The notes beneath the pieces are model-generated. The model saw only the letters and a list, made by a program, of their open reading frames with translations. It was not told the origin of the DNA and did no database searches. The translations under genes and the position numbers were made by a program. DNA of 64,000 nt from Lama guanicoe (lineage: Eukaryota): the NCBI GenBank assembly GCA_013239625.1, contig MU053629.1, positions 1,081,567-1,145,566 on the forward strand. Reading direction: 5' to 3'. Of this stretch, positions 1 to 13,090 are shown piece by piece. Every line of letters starts with the position of its first letter. Position 1 is the stretch's first letter.

Positions 1-493
1 TCTCCTGAATTTTAATGAGTTTGTTTGCATACATGAATTTTGGACAATACATTCAATCTTGGAACACCGGAGCTGATTTTAATGGAGTAAATTACCCAAC
101 TTGAAAGTGAGTTAATAGGCTTTTCTTTACCTAATAATCAAGATGATGATACTTTCATTTCAGAAAAATCATTAATCATGTTTATAATATTGATACATGC
201 TATTAATTTCTTTTTAATCATGAAACTGTCTCATCAAGAGAATTAGGGAAATAAATGTGTCAGCGTGAGCATAAAGCATGGTCTTCCTCCTTTAACACTC
301 CTCTCCGTTGTGATGTCTGGTACATAGTGAATGATTACACTTACATGGTGGGCATAAAGCCAGAACTGGGTTTGGTTTGGTGTGGCGCTTGCTTGGACCA
401 GATAGGGGAGGTGAGATGCTCTTCACTAGCTTAAAAGTGTTCCTAAAGATTAAAAAAAAACATTTTATATATAAATATATAAACATATATAAG

Positions 494-496
<3 letters not shown>

Positions 497-532
<36 letters not shown>
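497..532. repeat. (AC)18 microsatellite
   Basis: Perfect dinucleotide run. Confidence 0.99.
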
Positions 533-535
<3 letters not shown>

Positions 536-1699
536 GGTGATACAGGAGGTGACAGGGCCCAGGTCACAAAGGGTCTCAAGGGCTGGGATAAGGAGGAGAG
601 CCTTTATTCTGACTGTAGTTGAAAGGACATATGCAGGGCTGTGGGCAAGAAGTGATACATTTAATTTATAATATTAAAAGCTACAGTGGTTTTAAGAGAG
701 TTCATCTTGGGGCTTAGTGGTGCTGGAAAACCACGCCATGGAACTCTCTTGTCCAGTCCATTCCCTAAAGTCATGTTGCATCCAGAAAAGTTATCTTGTT
801 AAAAATGTTCAGCTGGCCAGTCTTACCTCCTCATGAAGCATGAAAATTGTGAGGGTCAGTTCAGTTAATGCTCCAAGGACTAAAATGTGCCAACATGGTA
901 GAAAGAGCAGATGCTTTCAGGACGTCACATCTGAGGGAGACCTGGAGGACAGGAGCCATGGCGTGCCTCTTCAGAGCTCATGTCACTCGTCTGATGCTCA
1001 GGCATGCAGTATCTGTGGAGAAACTGAACGAATACCGTACATTTCTTTCTGAGGGGTGGATCTGGGGTTCCTGCAGTTGTGCGATCCCCCCATTAGCACG
1101 TACATCAGCTTCAAAGAACGTGTAATTATCACCTGTTATTGCTTATGATCTTCTTCTAGATGTGAGAACAAGAAAATCAACCTATTTCTCTTTTACCCAG
1201 GGTATTTACCTCCGGCCGTAAATGCCTGCTGACTTCATTTGTGCCTGTGTGTACATGCACAGTGTCTGGTGCCTGGCAGGCCCTCAGTCCGCGCTTGTAG
1301 TGTGGATGTACAGTTGGTGGCAATGGCACTCTCCTTACGTCCACCTCTTCGTGTCTCAAATCACAGCAAGTGACTCCTCGTTTCCCTTCTTTTCCGGAAA
1401 AGATCCCATGACCCCCCAACAGGAGCTCCCTCAACATCCTTTCTTGCCGTCTCTAATTTCCACGTGTTTTCACCTGCCCTCGTTCCTTTCCCCTCCTCTC
1501 CGCGGAGCCTGTGCTGACCTGGCGGTGGGCGCTCCCGGGCCAGGCTCTGGCAGCCCTCCTCCTCTTCTCTTGCATCTTCTGTCCCTCCTTTGTCTTCCTC
1601 TGCTGGCCCTTTCTGCTCCGCTCTCAGTCCTGCTGAAATCATCCGCACTTTGCTAAGGAGATCCCTTAAGTTCACCACTTCAAAATTCACCTTGCTCCC

Positions 1700-2720
1700 C
1701 ATCTCCTTTCCTTTGTTGTTTAACTTCTTGAAGGAGAATGAGAGAAGTCTTGCCACTGCCCTTTTCTCCCATCTCCTCCCTCATTAGCTCCTTGAAATCC
1801 TGCCCCGCCCGCCTCAGCGCTGCGCTCCGGCCATCCTGTCCTCCTCACGGACCGGCCCAGTGGCCTTTTCTCAGTCCTCAGCCCCATTGGCCTCTCAGTT
1901 CCACTTGGCGCCGTTTATAACTTACTTCTTGAAACTCTTCCTCCGTCGGCTTCCAGGAATTGTCTGCTCCCATTTGCTTCCCACTCTTCTAACTGCCTTC
2001 TGGTTCCGGTGGTCATCTCATTTTGCCTTTTAATTGAAGTCATTTTCCAAGCTGTCTGTTCTCTGTTTTTTCCTTTGTTCTCTTTTGGAAATCAGACATT
2101 CTAATACAATTTGTACTCACACCTGTCTGCACGGTTACTGCCCTGACTCTTTGCTGCCAGAGTGGAACTGCACGCGTGCAGGTCCCAGGGCTGCTCTTCT
2201 TCAGCGTGTCTCTAGCACCTAGGACAGTGCCTGCAGGTGGTGAGGCTTCAGAAATCCCTAAGTGATGCAGGTGGTAAGCTCGCCCCCTTCCAAGCCTTCC
2301 AAATGTGACTCCCTAACTTTCTGTCTCATTTCCCAGCCTTTCCCAGCTTCCTGCACTGCTTGTCCCACCCCCAACGTGTACCCATTTCCTGGACTTTCAT
2401 GTAACTACTAACACTACTGTCTTTTTTTTTTATTTATTTATCTAGGTTCAAAATCTGGGAGTCTCATTGACTCTGTCCTTTGCCTCAAGTCCTATCTATA
2501 ATTTGTTGCTAAGTCCTTTCCATTCTTCTGCCCCCCTATTTTAGGTCCTCAGCGCCTCTCACCTAGACTTTGCAGTATCCCCCTAGGAGGCCTGAGCACT
2601 TCCAGGCTCACTTGGGCGGCAGCCCCCACCTCCCTTCCATCCCACACGTTTGGATCAAGTTAATTGTAGAGCACAGCTCTGATTATGTATCATGTTAATC
2701 CCTTGCCCCTCCCTTGAAAG
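1700..2720 (+). mobile_element. LINE-2 remnant(s)
   Basis: cagtggccttttctcagtcctca...cttcttgaaactcttcctcc...ggcttcc and ctcacctagact motifs. Confidence 0.55.
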
Positions 2721-5376
2721 TCTTATTTTTTGCTTTGTCTAATTGAATGTATCTTTCTCAGTCTACCATGCCAAACCCCTACCGTGCAGCTTCACCTGTA
2801 TTTCCTTTAGCTCCTTACAGGGGTCCTAGACTTCTACTCAACGGAAGTGCCCAGCGGACTGCGGCCAAGTTTTCACCTGACCAATGTAAAGTTACTAGCT
2901 GCCCTTCCAAGAGAAGGAATGCCATTTTCAAGTTCCTGAGACGATGTGCCTCCTATATTTTTGGAATGAAAGTGCTCCTTTACTTATAAAACGATGATGA
3001 TAGCAGATAGTCATTATTTATCTCATTACCATTTGCAAAATTTAAAAACATGCAATAGAATTCTTACGATTTTGTTTCTCTGAGACAGAAAAGGCTGTTT
3101 CCAGCCCAGTTTTCTCCGCAAGCCAATTTTATGGAGTACATAGTTCCTAGCTTAGTATATTCCTTCTTTGAAGTTCTTTCATTCTCCCCACAGCTACCTT
3201 CCCCCCTGCCTGGAAATTTTACTAATTCCCCAGATTACATAGTCTAGGAATTACTGCTCTATCAGAATGGGTGGTTCCGTGAACACACTTCGTGTCTGCC
3301 TGCTGACATCCAGTCTGTCCTTCCCTGTGCTCCTCATATGTCACTTTCTGTATGACACCCCGTGGGAGCCTTCTCCCTGCCCCCAACCCCACTGGAAGAT
3401 GCTTTCTCTTTCCTCAGCGGAACTTTAGGCCCTGCTGTGCTTGGGACTTCTGTGTGGCATTTCCCACATTCTCCCTGTATTAGAGCTGGATGCTTTCTCC
3501 ACTCTCCCGACTCCCCACTCCCATGATAACTTTCTGAAGGACAGAGGCTCGCTTTATCTTTGTGTTCTTTGCATTACCAGACTTTGCCCCTGGCATGTTT
3601 TTGGTGCTTTGGAAAAATAGTTATTGAACTGAAATTTCAATAAGACACTGCTGAGGTGATTAAGTAAAGCTCTCATCTTTGGGGGTAGGGGTCCTTTAAA
3701 GGTACTTGTTTGGAATATTTTTCCTGCTGATTCTGAAATTAAAATTACAGTTGCTTACTCAAATATGTTAAGAATGCTTGCCTGTTTATCTTTTAAAGAT
3801 AAAATAATCTCAGACTGCAACTCTTGATAAGTCAGTGTGGGGTTAAGGTCCGCTGTGGTTGAGGTGGTTAAGTTGAGAACTTACACATTTTATTAGGCAT
3901 TTTCTGTGAAATCTCTGTTGGAACGTTGATTTTGATTTCATTTTGACCCGAGGAGGCCCTGAAAATCTTTCCCCCAGGTGAGAGGCTACAGTTTCTTTGC
4001 CCCTGGACTTCCCTGGCGCTGTCAGCACCCTGTGAACCTGGCCTGATCTAGACCACGAGACTCTCTGTGTCAGAACCATCTTTGAACTAACTACAGGCCT
4101 GTCACTTCTGTTCTTTAAAAAACGACTTTTTTTTTTAGTAAGTTTGATTTTTCCTCCTGCTTTATCTTTATCTACCCTCTCTCCCCCAAGTCTCTTGTTT
4201 CCCAGTTTGAATTGTGGGAAAGCAAACCTGGCTGGGAGATAGGAACCCCTCAGCTAGGCCCCCTAGTCTATGCCCGAGGCAACCTTCAATGCAAAGCACC
4301 TTCTACCTTTGTTTTGGGTTCCTGACCTTCTGTGGTGGAGCCACTTTACAACTTCTTCCACAGAATCACTGACATCATCTTGGACTTGGGGACAATGGCA
4401 GGATTTCTAACATGGAAGACCCGGAAAGGAGAAGGAACAGGGTGCCGCTGCCTCTTCTGTCTTGTCTTTTCTACTGAAAAAGGGGTAGAGAGGGGCGGTG
4501 AATAGTGATGGCAGCGGTGGAGGCTGGAGGCAAGAACTCAGGTAGTTCTTCGCTTTCCTTTTCTGAACTGGAAGTGGTTTTGTGTTATGAGTGACGGATG
4601 GGTAAATAGAAGATGAGAAATTGAAATGTCTCTTGGAGAGACTGAACACCTAACATCATATGACAGGCCTCTTCTGGCAGCATGCTAAACGATGCTGTGT
4701 GATGTCGTTCTAATTAGCTTTGAAGAGCCAGGACTTAACCCAAGGAAAGTTGTTTTTTTATTTTTATTTTTTTCTGAAAAATACCGCTACGCTACACAGT
4801 GACCCATTGGAGCCCTTGCAGTATCAAAAGATAAAGGCAGGAATAGAGTTTAGGGAGAATCCTGCACTTTGTTTGAGATACGTGTTTTATCTACAAAAGC
4901 CCAAACAAAAGTGAATGATCAACTCTGCTCTCATTGGCTTAAGTATTTTGCATTAAAATCTCTTTTGGCTTCTCTGGCCTAACTTTTCTGACAGGGGAAC
5001 AAATGACAGAATATCCTTTGTAGATCACAAGTATAGAAATTACTGGGATTATGGGGAAATGTTTCACAGATGTTCCTGACACTGTAGCCAAACAGTGAAT
5101 TCTTGCCTCTTTACGTATTGGGAGCTTGGGAGATCACTGTCTCCCTTCCTGGGACGTTTGAGCCCTGCCCCTCTCCAGGCTGGATTCACTCACAAGATCT
5201 CTCATTGACAGGCTTACTTCACCCTGTCATACCTTAACCCGTGATGCCATTCAAACAGGAAAGAACGTGTAAGACTTTAGAGAGAGCCTTAGTTTGAAAT
5301 TCTCTTTATAAAGCTTCCTGGTATTGTATTTAGCAAATACTTCCTTGAAATATATCTTGTTAAAGGTAAAAGTGAG

Positions 5377-5520
5377 GTGAGGAGGGTCTAGCTCCGTGGT
5401 AGAGTGCTTGCTTAGCATGCACGAGGTCCTGGGTTCAATCCCCAGTACCATCTCTAAAAATAAATAAATAAACCTAATTACCCCCCTCCAAAAAAAGAAA
5501 AAAATTTATTTAAAAAAACC
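5377..5520 (+). mobile_element. tRNA-Ala-derived SINE (Vic-1-like)
   Basis: Head GGAGGGTCTAGCTCCGTGGTAGAG...GGTTCAATCCCCAGTACC, (TAAA)n-CCTAATTACC tail, A-rich end, degraded TSD gtaaaagtRag. Confidence 0.9.
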
Positions 5521-7848
5521 AGTAAAAGTAAGTGCGGTAGAGTTCAGAATTAACCTCCAGTTAAATCCAGTTATGACTTTGGCAGATTTTTTCAAGCACC
5601 ACATTTTCCTTGGTCTCACCACATACTGACTGACCAGTCCATCTTGTATATATCAGATCTGAAGATAGAATGCCCCTCATCCACATCATTTGAAGCCCTG
5701 TCTTCCTAGCGCAATGCCTCGTGGTCCTGCCTTCTGAGTTGGCAGGGAAGCATCTTTGGTGCAGAACAAGCAGAGCGTGCTGAACTGGTTCACAGCGAAA
5801 CGCAAACAGCAGCAAAGACCTGATAATCCACGATGTTGTTGCGCAGGTCACTGTGTTTCTCATCTTGAAACATCCAGGGCTGTGAGACAGTTTTTAAGGG
5901 AGGCATTTCACTGGCACATTTGCTGTTTCAGTTCGTGTTCAGCTGTGACTCATATTTATTCTGGTTTAACCCCATTTTGCTTGGACATTTGTTTGTACTA
6001 GAAAATGTCACTTCCAACCAGGGGAGGGGAAACTCTGATTGGGGATCCGAAGAGTCAAGGTATTGTGATGATTCGGCATCGCTTTTGACTCGAGGAAAAA
6101 ATAGAGAATCCTTACAAAGAAAAGTGCTGAAGAGTAGAAAGTGATTCTTATAAACAGATAGGGGAAAGGAAATGTCACCTCTGAGCTTTACTGTGGGAAG
6201 GAGGGTGCTGCAGATCAGGGAAATTACTATAGAATTTTTATTCATGGCGGGGAAATGGCCTCTGGACTTCCCCGCGTGTTTCCCTGTTCACTGAAGCAGC
6301 TCTGGTGAATTGCCTCACGATTGGTGTATGAATAGAGAGAAAGAGACTGGGACTCTCAAACTTGATCTTGAAAAGCCCATCTTGATATATAATCATCCAC
6401 AGATGTCTGTATGTGATTATATTCCCATAGTGAGGGGATGATAACTGTAAATGAGAACCATGATAAAATTTCGCCTTGCTTGCTTGCACATTTTCAGAAT
6501 ATAATTAAAAGCACATGTCACTGTCAGTAGTTAACTGTGAGGTTTGTGTTAGGTTTTCATAAGACTTTGGCAGAAACCTAAAGCTTGTTTTAGTGTCAAA
6601 GTCTTCCCTCTCCCTTCCTTCCCACCCTCCCTCCGTTTCTTCCTATTTTTTTCTTCCCTTCTTCCCCTTTGGAATCAAAAGGAAACTCTCTAGGTTCTGA
6701 CTAATCACTTTTCAAAACTAGGGACAATTCCACCCTGTACACAGTTTACATTAATGTTCCTTTTTCTGCTTGCTAGCTAGCACTTGAAATTGTAACCGAA
6801 TTATATACTAGATCATTGCCCTCTGACTTCTTTCTCCAAGTAAAATCTGAAGAATAAATGTCTTCTAGCCACTGTGTCACTACCCCAAACAGGTGGATAC
6901 AAACAGGTGGGTGTGGGAAAGGAGGCAGAGCTTAGGTTAGGGGAGCTATCATAATATGATAGGTCAGTGGATTGGTGCTTGGAAAGTCTTGGTCCTCCAG
7001 ATAATGCCAAATGCCCAGAGAAGTCGCTGTGTTGCCCAAAGAATTTCCTGTTCATTTAGTCACTCTTCCTCATGCTTAAAACTGTAATGTGTGTCTCTTT
7101 TAAATTCAGTAGGCTGTGCATTTATGACTCCCAATAAAGCAGCTTTCATTTAAAAAAAAATGATAAAAGCTTAATTTGTAACATGGACGCTAAAAAAAAA
7201 AACCCAAACTGAAAAAACAAAACAATCTTCCCCTGGTTCAGGGGAATTCTTAACATGAGTTCTCTTTCCAACTGCTTTTGTTTATGGGTATTAAAACTTA
7301 AAATGAGTATAATAACTTGCTGCAGTTTTCCATTTAGTCCTCTCTTGTATCTGCTCTCAAGAGCAAAAGTGGCTTCCCTGTCCCCACCAGCTTTGTATAA
7401 TGTAGGTTTCCAGTGCTTAAAAATTCAAATTGGCCCTTCCCTCCAAGGCGTTACAGTGTGGGAGGGAAGGGGTCTGTTTAGTGTAATGATCCAAGAGCTT
7501 AATTTCAGTTTGAAGATGAGTTCTGGGATGCTGCTGAGTTCCTTGGAAGTGGGTGTGCACAGTTTCCAGCACTTTCCAAAGCTTGTGCTTCTGACAGTGG
7601 TTGTGACCAGGGTGGGGATCTCCTGCCTCCAATTTCAGCAGCAGTTCATTTCTCTTTTTTTATATAACCGTTGAGATTCGAGTTTCTGCTTTTGAGAGTT
7701 CATGTTTCCGTTTTTTTCCTCCTAACTTAAAACTGCATATAATGCGTTTTTTTCTAACAAAAAATCATGTACATATATAGTATTCATATTTTTGTTTGTT
7801 TGTTTACTGAGCTCTTTACAATTGAGTAGAATATCTGGGATTCTTATG

Positions 7849-8073
7849 CTTTTTTTTAACATTTTTTATTGATTTATAATCATTTTACAATGTTGTGTCA
7901 AATTCCAGTGTTCAGCACAATTTTTCACTCATTCATGGACATATACACACTCATTGTCATGTTTTTTTCTCTGTGATTTATCATAACATTTTGAGTATAT
8001 TTCCCTGTGCTATACAGTGTAATCTTGTTTATCTATTCTACAATTTTGAAATCCCAGTCTATCCCTTCCCACC
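7849..8073 (-). mobile_element. 5'-truncated young LINE-1 3' end
   Basis: Poly(T) start, L1 3'UTR-type motif (ttccctgtgctatacagt), perfect 14-bp TSD ctgggattcttatg at 7835-7848 and 8074-8087. Confidence 0.88.
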
Positions 8074-8349
8074 CTGGGATTCTTATGTTCTCACACACCT
8101 TCCACCTCATTAGCATAGAGCCAGGTATCTGCAGTCTTTACAGGATTTTGAGCTGCCTCCCTGTTCCAAACAGGGCAGATACCCACTGTTCCTGTTTGTG
8201 ACCAAATACCATGTTGGTCCCAAACCACCAACTGGGGCCCGAGGAATCTGGAAGTTGAGGACTGATGTCCACGTAATTCAGTTCCAGGGCCCTTCCTCTC
8301 TCACACTCATCCCCCCTCCACTCTGGTTTAGAGTTTTCCCTTCTTCCCT

Positions 8350-8490
8350 CTGGACCTCAGTTTCTTCTTGTGTAAATGGGGCTAATAGCCCCTATGCAGG
8401 CTTGTCATGAGAATAGTGATGAGATAAATTGAGTACTTAGCACAGTGCCTGGCACTAAGCGGGCTCTTGAGAAATGATGGCTATTTTTAT
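8350..8490 (+). mobile_element. MIR SINE
   Basis: cctcagtttcttcttgtgtaaatgggg core + cttagcacagtgcctggcac tail. Confidence 0.8.
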
Positions 8491-9225
8491 TAATGATAGC
8501 CTGTCCCATTGTAGCTGTCAGCATCATTCTCTGCTGGAGAGGGAGAGGTCTCAGGAGAGTACCTCGAGGGGTATTATTTAATAATGATTCCATTATGCAG
8601 GGTTAGCTAATCTGATGCTCATTTTGTTTGGCTACATTTTGTCCTTCGGTACAATTTGTGCTGTAGCAGTTCTGGACTGATTTAAAGTGGAGTCCTTGAT
8701 TTTGTAGGCAATTATTGCCTCGTTTAAAAGGTGTAGTTCCGTTTCATTCATTTGGAATAAGGTAAATTACCAAACCCTGTTGAACTCTTCTGCCCTTTTG
8801 TGATGGGACGCTTTCTCGTTTGCTTCTTGGCCTTTAGGCCGATGAATCAAAACGTCTCAGGTGATGGAGGAAGCCGAACCTCTGGCAATGTCTTGCTCAA
8901 AAAATTGGGCACGTTACCCAGGCGGTATTTCCATTATTGGAGTTCTCCTTTGTCTCCTTTAAGTCTTAGCCTCCCTGCTCCTTTCTGTTACTTTACCCAC
9001 GACACAGAAATGCACATACACTTTTTATTGGCTTCTTAAATTTGACAGATATTTCAGTGCTTACTATATACGGGGTTTTGAAGTTGTCGTTTTTTTCCCC
9101 CCTCCTCTCTCTCTCATTAAAAAGTGAAGCTGAAGTGGCCTTTCCTTATCAGCAATGGATTTTTTTTTTAAAAAGGAAAGAAATAGCATGTGACCTTTGG
9201 TTGACTTCCAGAATGTTCTTTAGGC

Positions 9226-9420
9226 CAGTGTTTTTCAGTGTGGATTGCAGCCCATTATTGGGTCAGAGTTGGTTTAGTGTGTCCAGACCAACTTTTTTTT
9301 TTTTTTAATGGAAGAAAGACAACAGAACATAGGAGTAGAAAAGAGAGCACAGAGTCCATTGCTTACACCAAAGTAACCAGGGCTGAGTCGAGTACCATGT
9401 TATGAAACCTTTGTTTCCAT
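9226..9420. mobile_element. Ancient hAT-Charlie-like fossil
   Basis: cagtgtttttca terminus followed by cccattattgggtca; family uncertain. Confidence 0.45.
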
Positions 9421-10035
9421 TAAAGAAAACCGGGCCTTTTAACTGTCAAGCTTTATTTGTTGATGGAGGGTTTGCCCTGCTGGCTGGACTTGCTGTTTCT
9501 TTTAGAGTCTTTTGGGTTATAAGCCTATTGCGAGACATCTCCCCTCTTTTTGGCCTTCTGCTTTCTCTCTGAGTCGACTCTGGAAGCCTCTCTGGTTGTT
9601 GGAGCAGTGGGAGAAGTTCCCACACAGCCGAGGTAGCTGCAGGATAGGGTTTTGTGGTTGTTGACAAAGTTTTAAGAAAATTATGGTTTCTGAAAAAAGT
9701 AAAACTCTCTAACCAACATGAAATATCCAGTTCTTCCCCCTCCCCAACCAGATGGTATATTGGTTCTCCTAATATAACTACAGAATTGGTACTTATTTCA
9801 TTGTGTGTGGATTTTAAAAGATCACCTGAATTCCAAAGCCTGTATAAACTAACGTGATTTTAAAGATTAGAATTTAGACAACAGTAACAGAACTTTTAAT
9901 TCAATTCCATTTCTCTAAATTAGACTTCATTTCTGTCTTTTTGTTATTCTAAAAAGAAAAGACATCTGTTTTATGTGTGCTTAGTACTGTGTTTTTTATT
10001 TATTCTTTTCTCGTTAATTTATTTTGATATTTTTG

Positions 10036-10162
10036 TCTTTCTTTTTTCTTCTTTCCTTCCTTTCTTTTTCTCTTTCTTTCTTTCTTTTCTTTTTCTTTTC
10101 TTTCCTTCCTTCCTTCCTTCCTTCTCTCTCTCTCTCTCTTTCTTTCTCCCTTCTTTCTTTCC
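10036..10162. repeat. Compound CT-rich microsatellite (CTTT/CCTT/CT)
   Basis: ~125 bp uninterrupted polypyrimidine. Confidence 0.95.
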
Positions 10163-11479
10163 TGAAGTTTTCCAAATATGTAACTTAATTTATCAGTCAT
10201 TAAGATGCATTCCAGTAGATCAGTTTGGAGATAATGTGAACCTGATTGTATTCAGAAGTCATTAATCAATGTCAAGAAGTATTTATGAGTGCCTGTGATG
10301 TGCTTGGCAAACAGGAAGGAGGGTTACAAAAAGAATTGCTTGTAAAAGATGAACTTATCTTTTATTCATCCCTTTAAGCATGTATTGAGCACCTCCTCAA
10401 TCAGCTGCATGCTGTGCTCGATTCTCTGCCTAAGTCTAACGGGAACGGCAGGACTATGGGACAACGAGAATAAGTCAATGCCATCTCTAATATTTATTCT
10501 AAGTTTTGTAGGAATGTAGAGCAGAGAGTGAGCAGAGTCAGCTGGGCTATCTGGAGGACAGAGGGAGTGGACTTACTGAGTCTTAAGTCGCTGTCAGGAT
10601 GCCAGTGGGAAGGGTGGAGGGTGTTCCCGACAGTGGGGGAATCTCAGAAAATGCCTAGATGTAGAGAATGTCAGAGTGGAGCCTGAAGGAGGCAATTCTT
10701 AGGGTGTGCACTGAGGAATTGTGAAAAGCAGGGTTGGACATGTTGGGTGAGCCCGTGTATTTTAAGGTGGGTAATTGTAGAAATTCCTAAGCTAGAAACA
10801 TACCCCACCCCCTGTGGGTGCTTACAGTCTACTTTGGGAAGAGGGATTATAAATAACTAACCAGGATGTACTGTGAGTATGTGATGGAAGTATAAGCAAA
10901 AAGCTTGGAGTCACCATGTCTCCGGTGGCTTCCCTTGAGCTATATTGGTCCTGCTCTGGCTTAGGGCTTGGCAACATCGCTGACTCAGTGACAGACTTCC
11001 TTCTTGGAAGGCCTGGCTCCTGACTTGCCAGCATATGATGCTCTCAGTTCACCACATCTTCCTGTCCCAAACTGCCCAGTTGATTGTGAAGCTGCAGGAA
11101 AGTAAAAGCCAGGGTCACCTCCTGCCTCCAGCTAGGGAATCCTGAATGTGCTTCTCCTTCAGGACCAGGGCATCTGGTTGAGGATCTGTGCGGGTGCTTG
11201 CCCTCTGCCCCAGGCTCACAAACTAATGGTGGAACTGTTTTCCTTAAAGCAATTCTTAAAAATAATTATTCATTTTATTTCACTTTTGAGTCTCCATTTA
11301 TCTGATTTTTCTGTCTGCTTATTTATTTACCTACTTGATGTTGCTTGTGGAGCTGCGTATTCCTCAGCTCTGCTGGGACACAGCCCCCAAATCTCAGTGG
11401 CTTGCAACAGCAACACACACATTCAATTCTTGCAGCTCAAGTACAATCATATCCGTGGTCAGTTCTCCATCAGTTCCTT

Positions 11480-11995
11480 CCTCTTCCCCTGCCCAGGCTC
11501 ATGGGTCTGCAGGCTTCACACTGAGTTCAACCAATCAGAGACACTGAAAGGAGACTGAAGGGGAAGAGAAAGGGAGAAACTGGGGTTTCTCTCTCCCATT
11601 TCTGCCTCAGATGGCTTCTTCAGCAGAGACTGTTTATCTGGAGCTCCAGCTCCACTGGACAGGCCCACTGTGGTTCCACCCTCTTCTCAGGTCTAGGCCT
11701 TCAGCTCCAGTAACACTGTCTCCTTCTGTCTCTGGCTTGGGGGTGGCAGTCGCTTCCTGCTGTTAAATCTTTTACCAACTCCTCTTTGGCGCTCAGCAGT
11801 TTCAGGGCTTGTGAAACTAATTCCCTGTATTAAATTCCTCCTGTGTGAATATTTGAAATGGTTTCTCTTTCCTTTCCTTTCCTTTCCTTTCCTTTCCTTT
11901 CTTTCCTTTCCTTTTCTCTTTTCTTTTCTCTTTTCTTTTCTTTTCTTTCTTTCTTGAAGTGGTTTCTTTTTCTTGATTAGACCCTGACTGATACA
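11480..11995 (+). mobile_element. ERVL-class LTR (LTR33-like) interrupted by a microsatellite
   Basis: Ends ccctgtattaaattcc...gaccctgactgataca, the typical 3' end of this class; 5' boundary approximate. Confidence 0.65.
11862..11955. repeat. (CCTTT)n/(CTTTT)n microsatellite
   Basis: Pentanucleotide polypyrimidine array. Confidence 0.95.
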
Positions 11996-12937
11996 TTGTT
12001 CCCCTCAAAAAGGAGGGTTTTTTTTTTTTTTGTCATCTATGTCATTTTTTTCTATGGTGCAGCCTTAGAAATAGGTATCAGACAACCCATCTTATTATCC
12101 CACAAAATGTTTCCAAATAAAGCAGTGTAATGTGAAAAGAGCACTGGGTTTGTAGCCTCACCTATGTCATCGAACAGTCTATCAGCTAATCGTATTATAA
12201 TTTTTTATGAGTATTTATAGTTATTTCTGGCATAGTTTCTTTTTCTTTATAAACTCAGAATTGGAAGATGCACCTGCAGTTAGATAAAAGTCATATAAAG
12301 CATTCTTCTCATGTTGGAAGAAATTTATGTGCATTTAAAAGGTATCCTCCAAATTCCCAAGAGATACTTTTGACCGCTGATGACACCCCAGGTCTTCCAA
12401 ACTTTTTTGGTTCTTCCTTGCTTTCCTGTGGAACCAAGAGTGTGTTCTCTGGGGCAGCATGAGTGTCACAGTCCCTGTTTTGCAGCCTGACATAAGATGG
12501 GTTTTAGTCATAGAAGTGAAAATTGCCTCTTGCCCCTTCTCCTGAACGTCCTTTATTTGGGGCCTTGTTCTGGAGCAGAGATTTACTGTTGATTCAAAGC
12601 AGACATGCAACGATGGAGTATTTCCAGTGCAAGGTGCCAGGATGGTCAGATCTACCTCGTGTTAATCTAGAATAGAATTCTTTTTGAAATGGCAATACTA
12701 AGCATACTCAGAAGACTCAAAGAACTAACCCATTCTCCTTTTGTGATCTAGAGATGACCTAGGGCTGGGTTCAGCTTTCAGTGCTCTGTTGGAAACTGGT
12801 TCCTCCCCAATCCTTTGTAATCTGAGTTGGTACCTCCAAGGCGGATTCTGAAAGATGATTCCCCTGTTAGTGCCACTTGCATCCCAGACTTCTCAAAGTG
12901 CATAGCCCAGTGAAGGGGCCTAGGCAAGCACAGGTAA

Positions 12938-13090
12938 ATGTCCCAGCTCTGCCACTTACCAGCTTGTGATCTTGGACAAGTTACTTCTTTGAGCCTCGGG
13001 TTCTTTATTGGTAGAATGAGGGACAATAATGGCTGTTCCCTAGGGCTATACCTGGCACATAGTAGGTACACAGTAACTGGTAGCTCTTTA
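12938..13090 (+). mobile_element. MIR SINE
   Basis: tcccagctctgccacttaccagcttgtgatcttggacaagttactt...cctggcacatagtagg. Confidence 0.8.

Noticed and set aside
9975..12008. Phe/Ser/Leu-rich and Lys/Arg/Glu-rich ORFs
   Set aside because: Translations of CT-rich microsatellites
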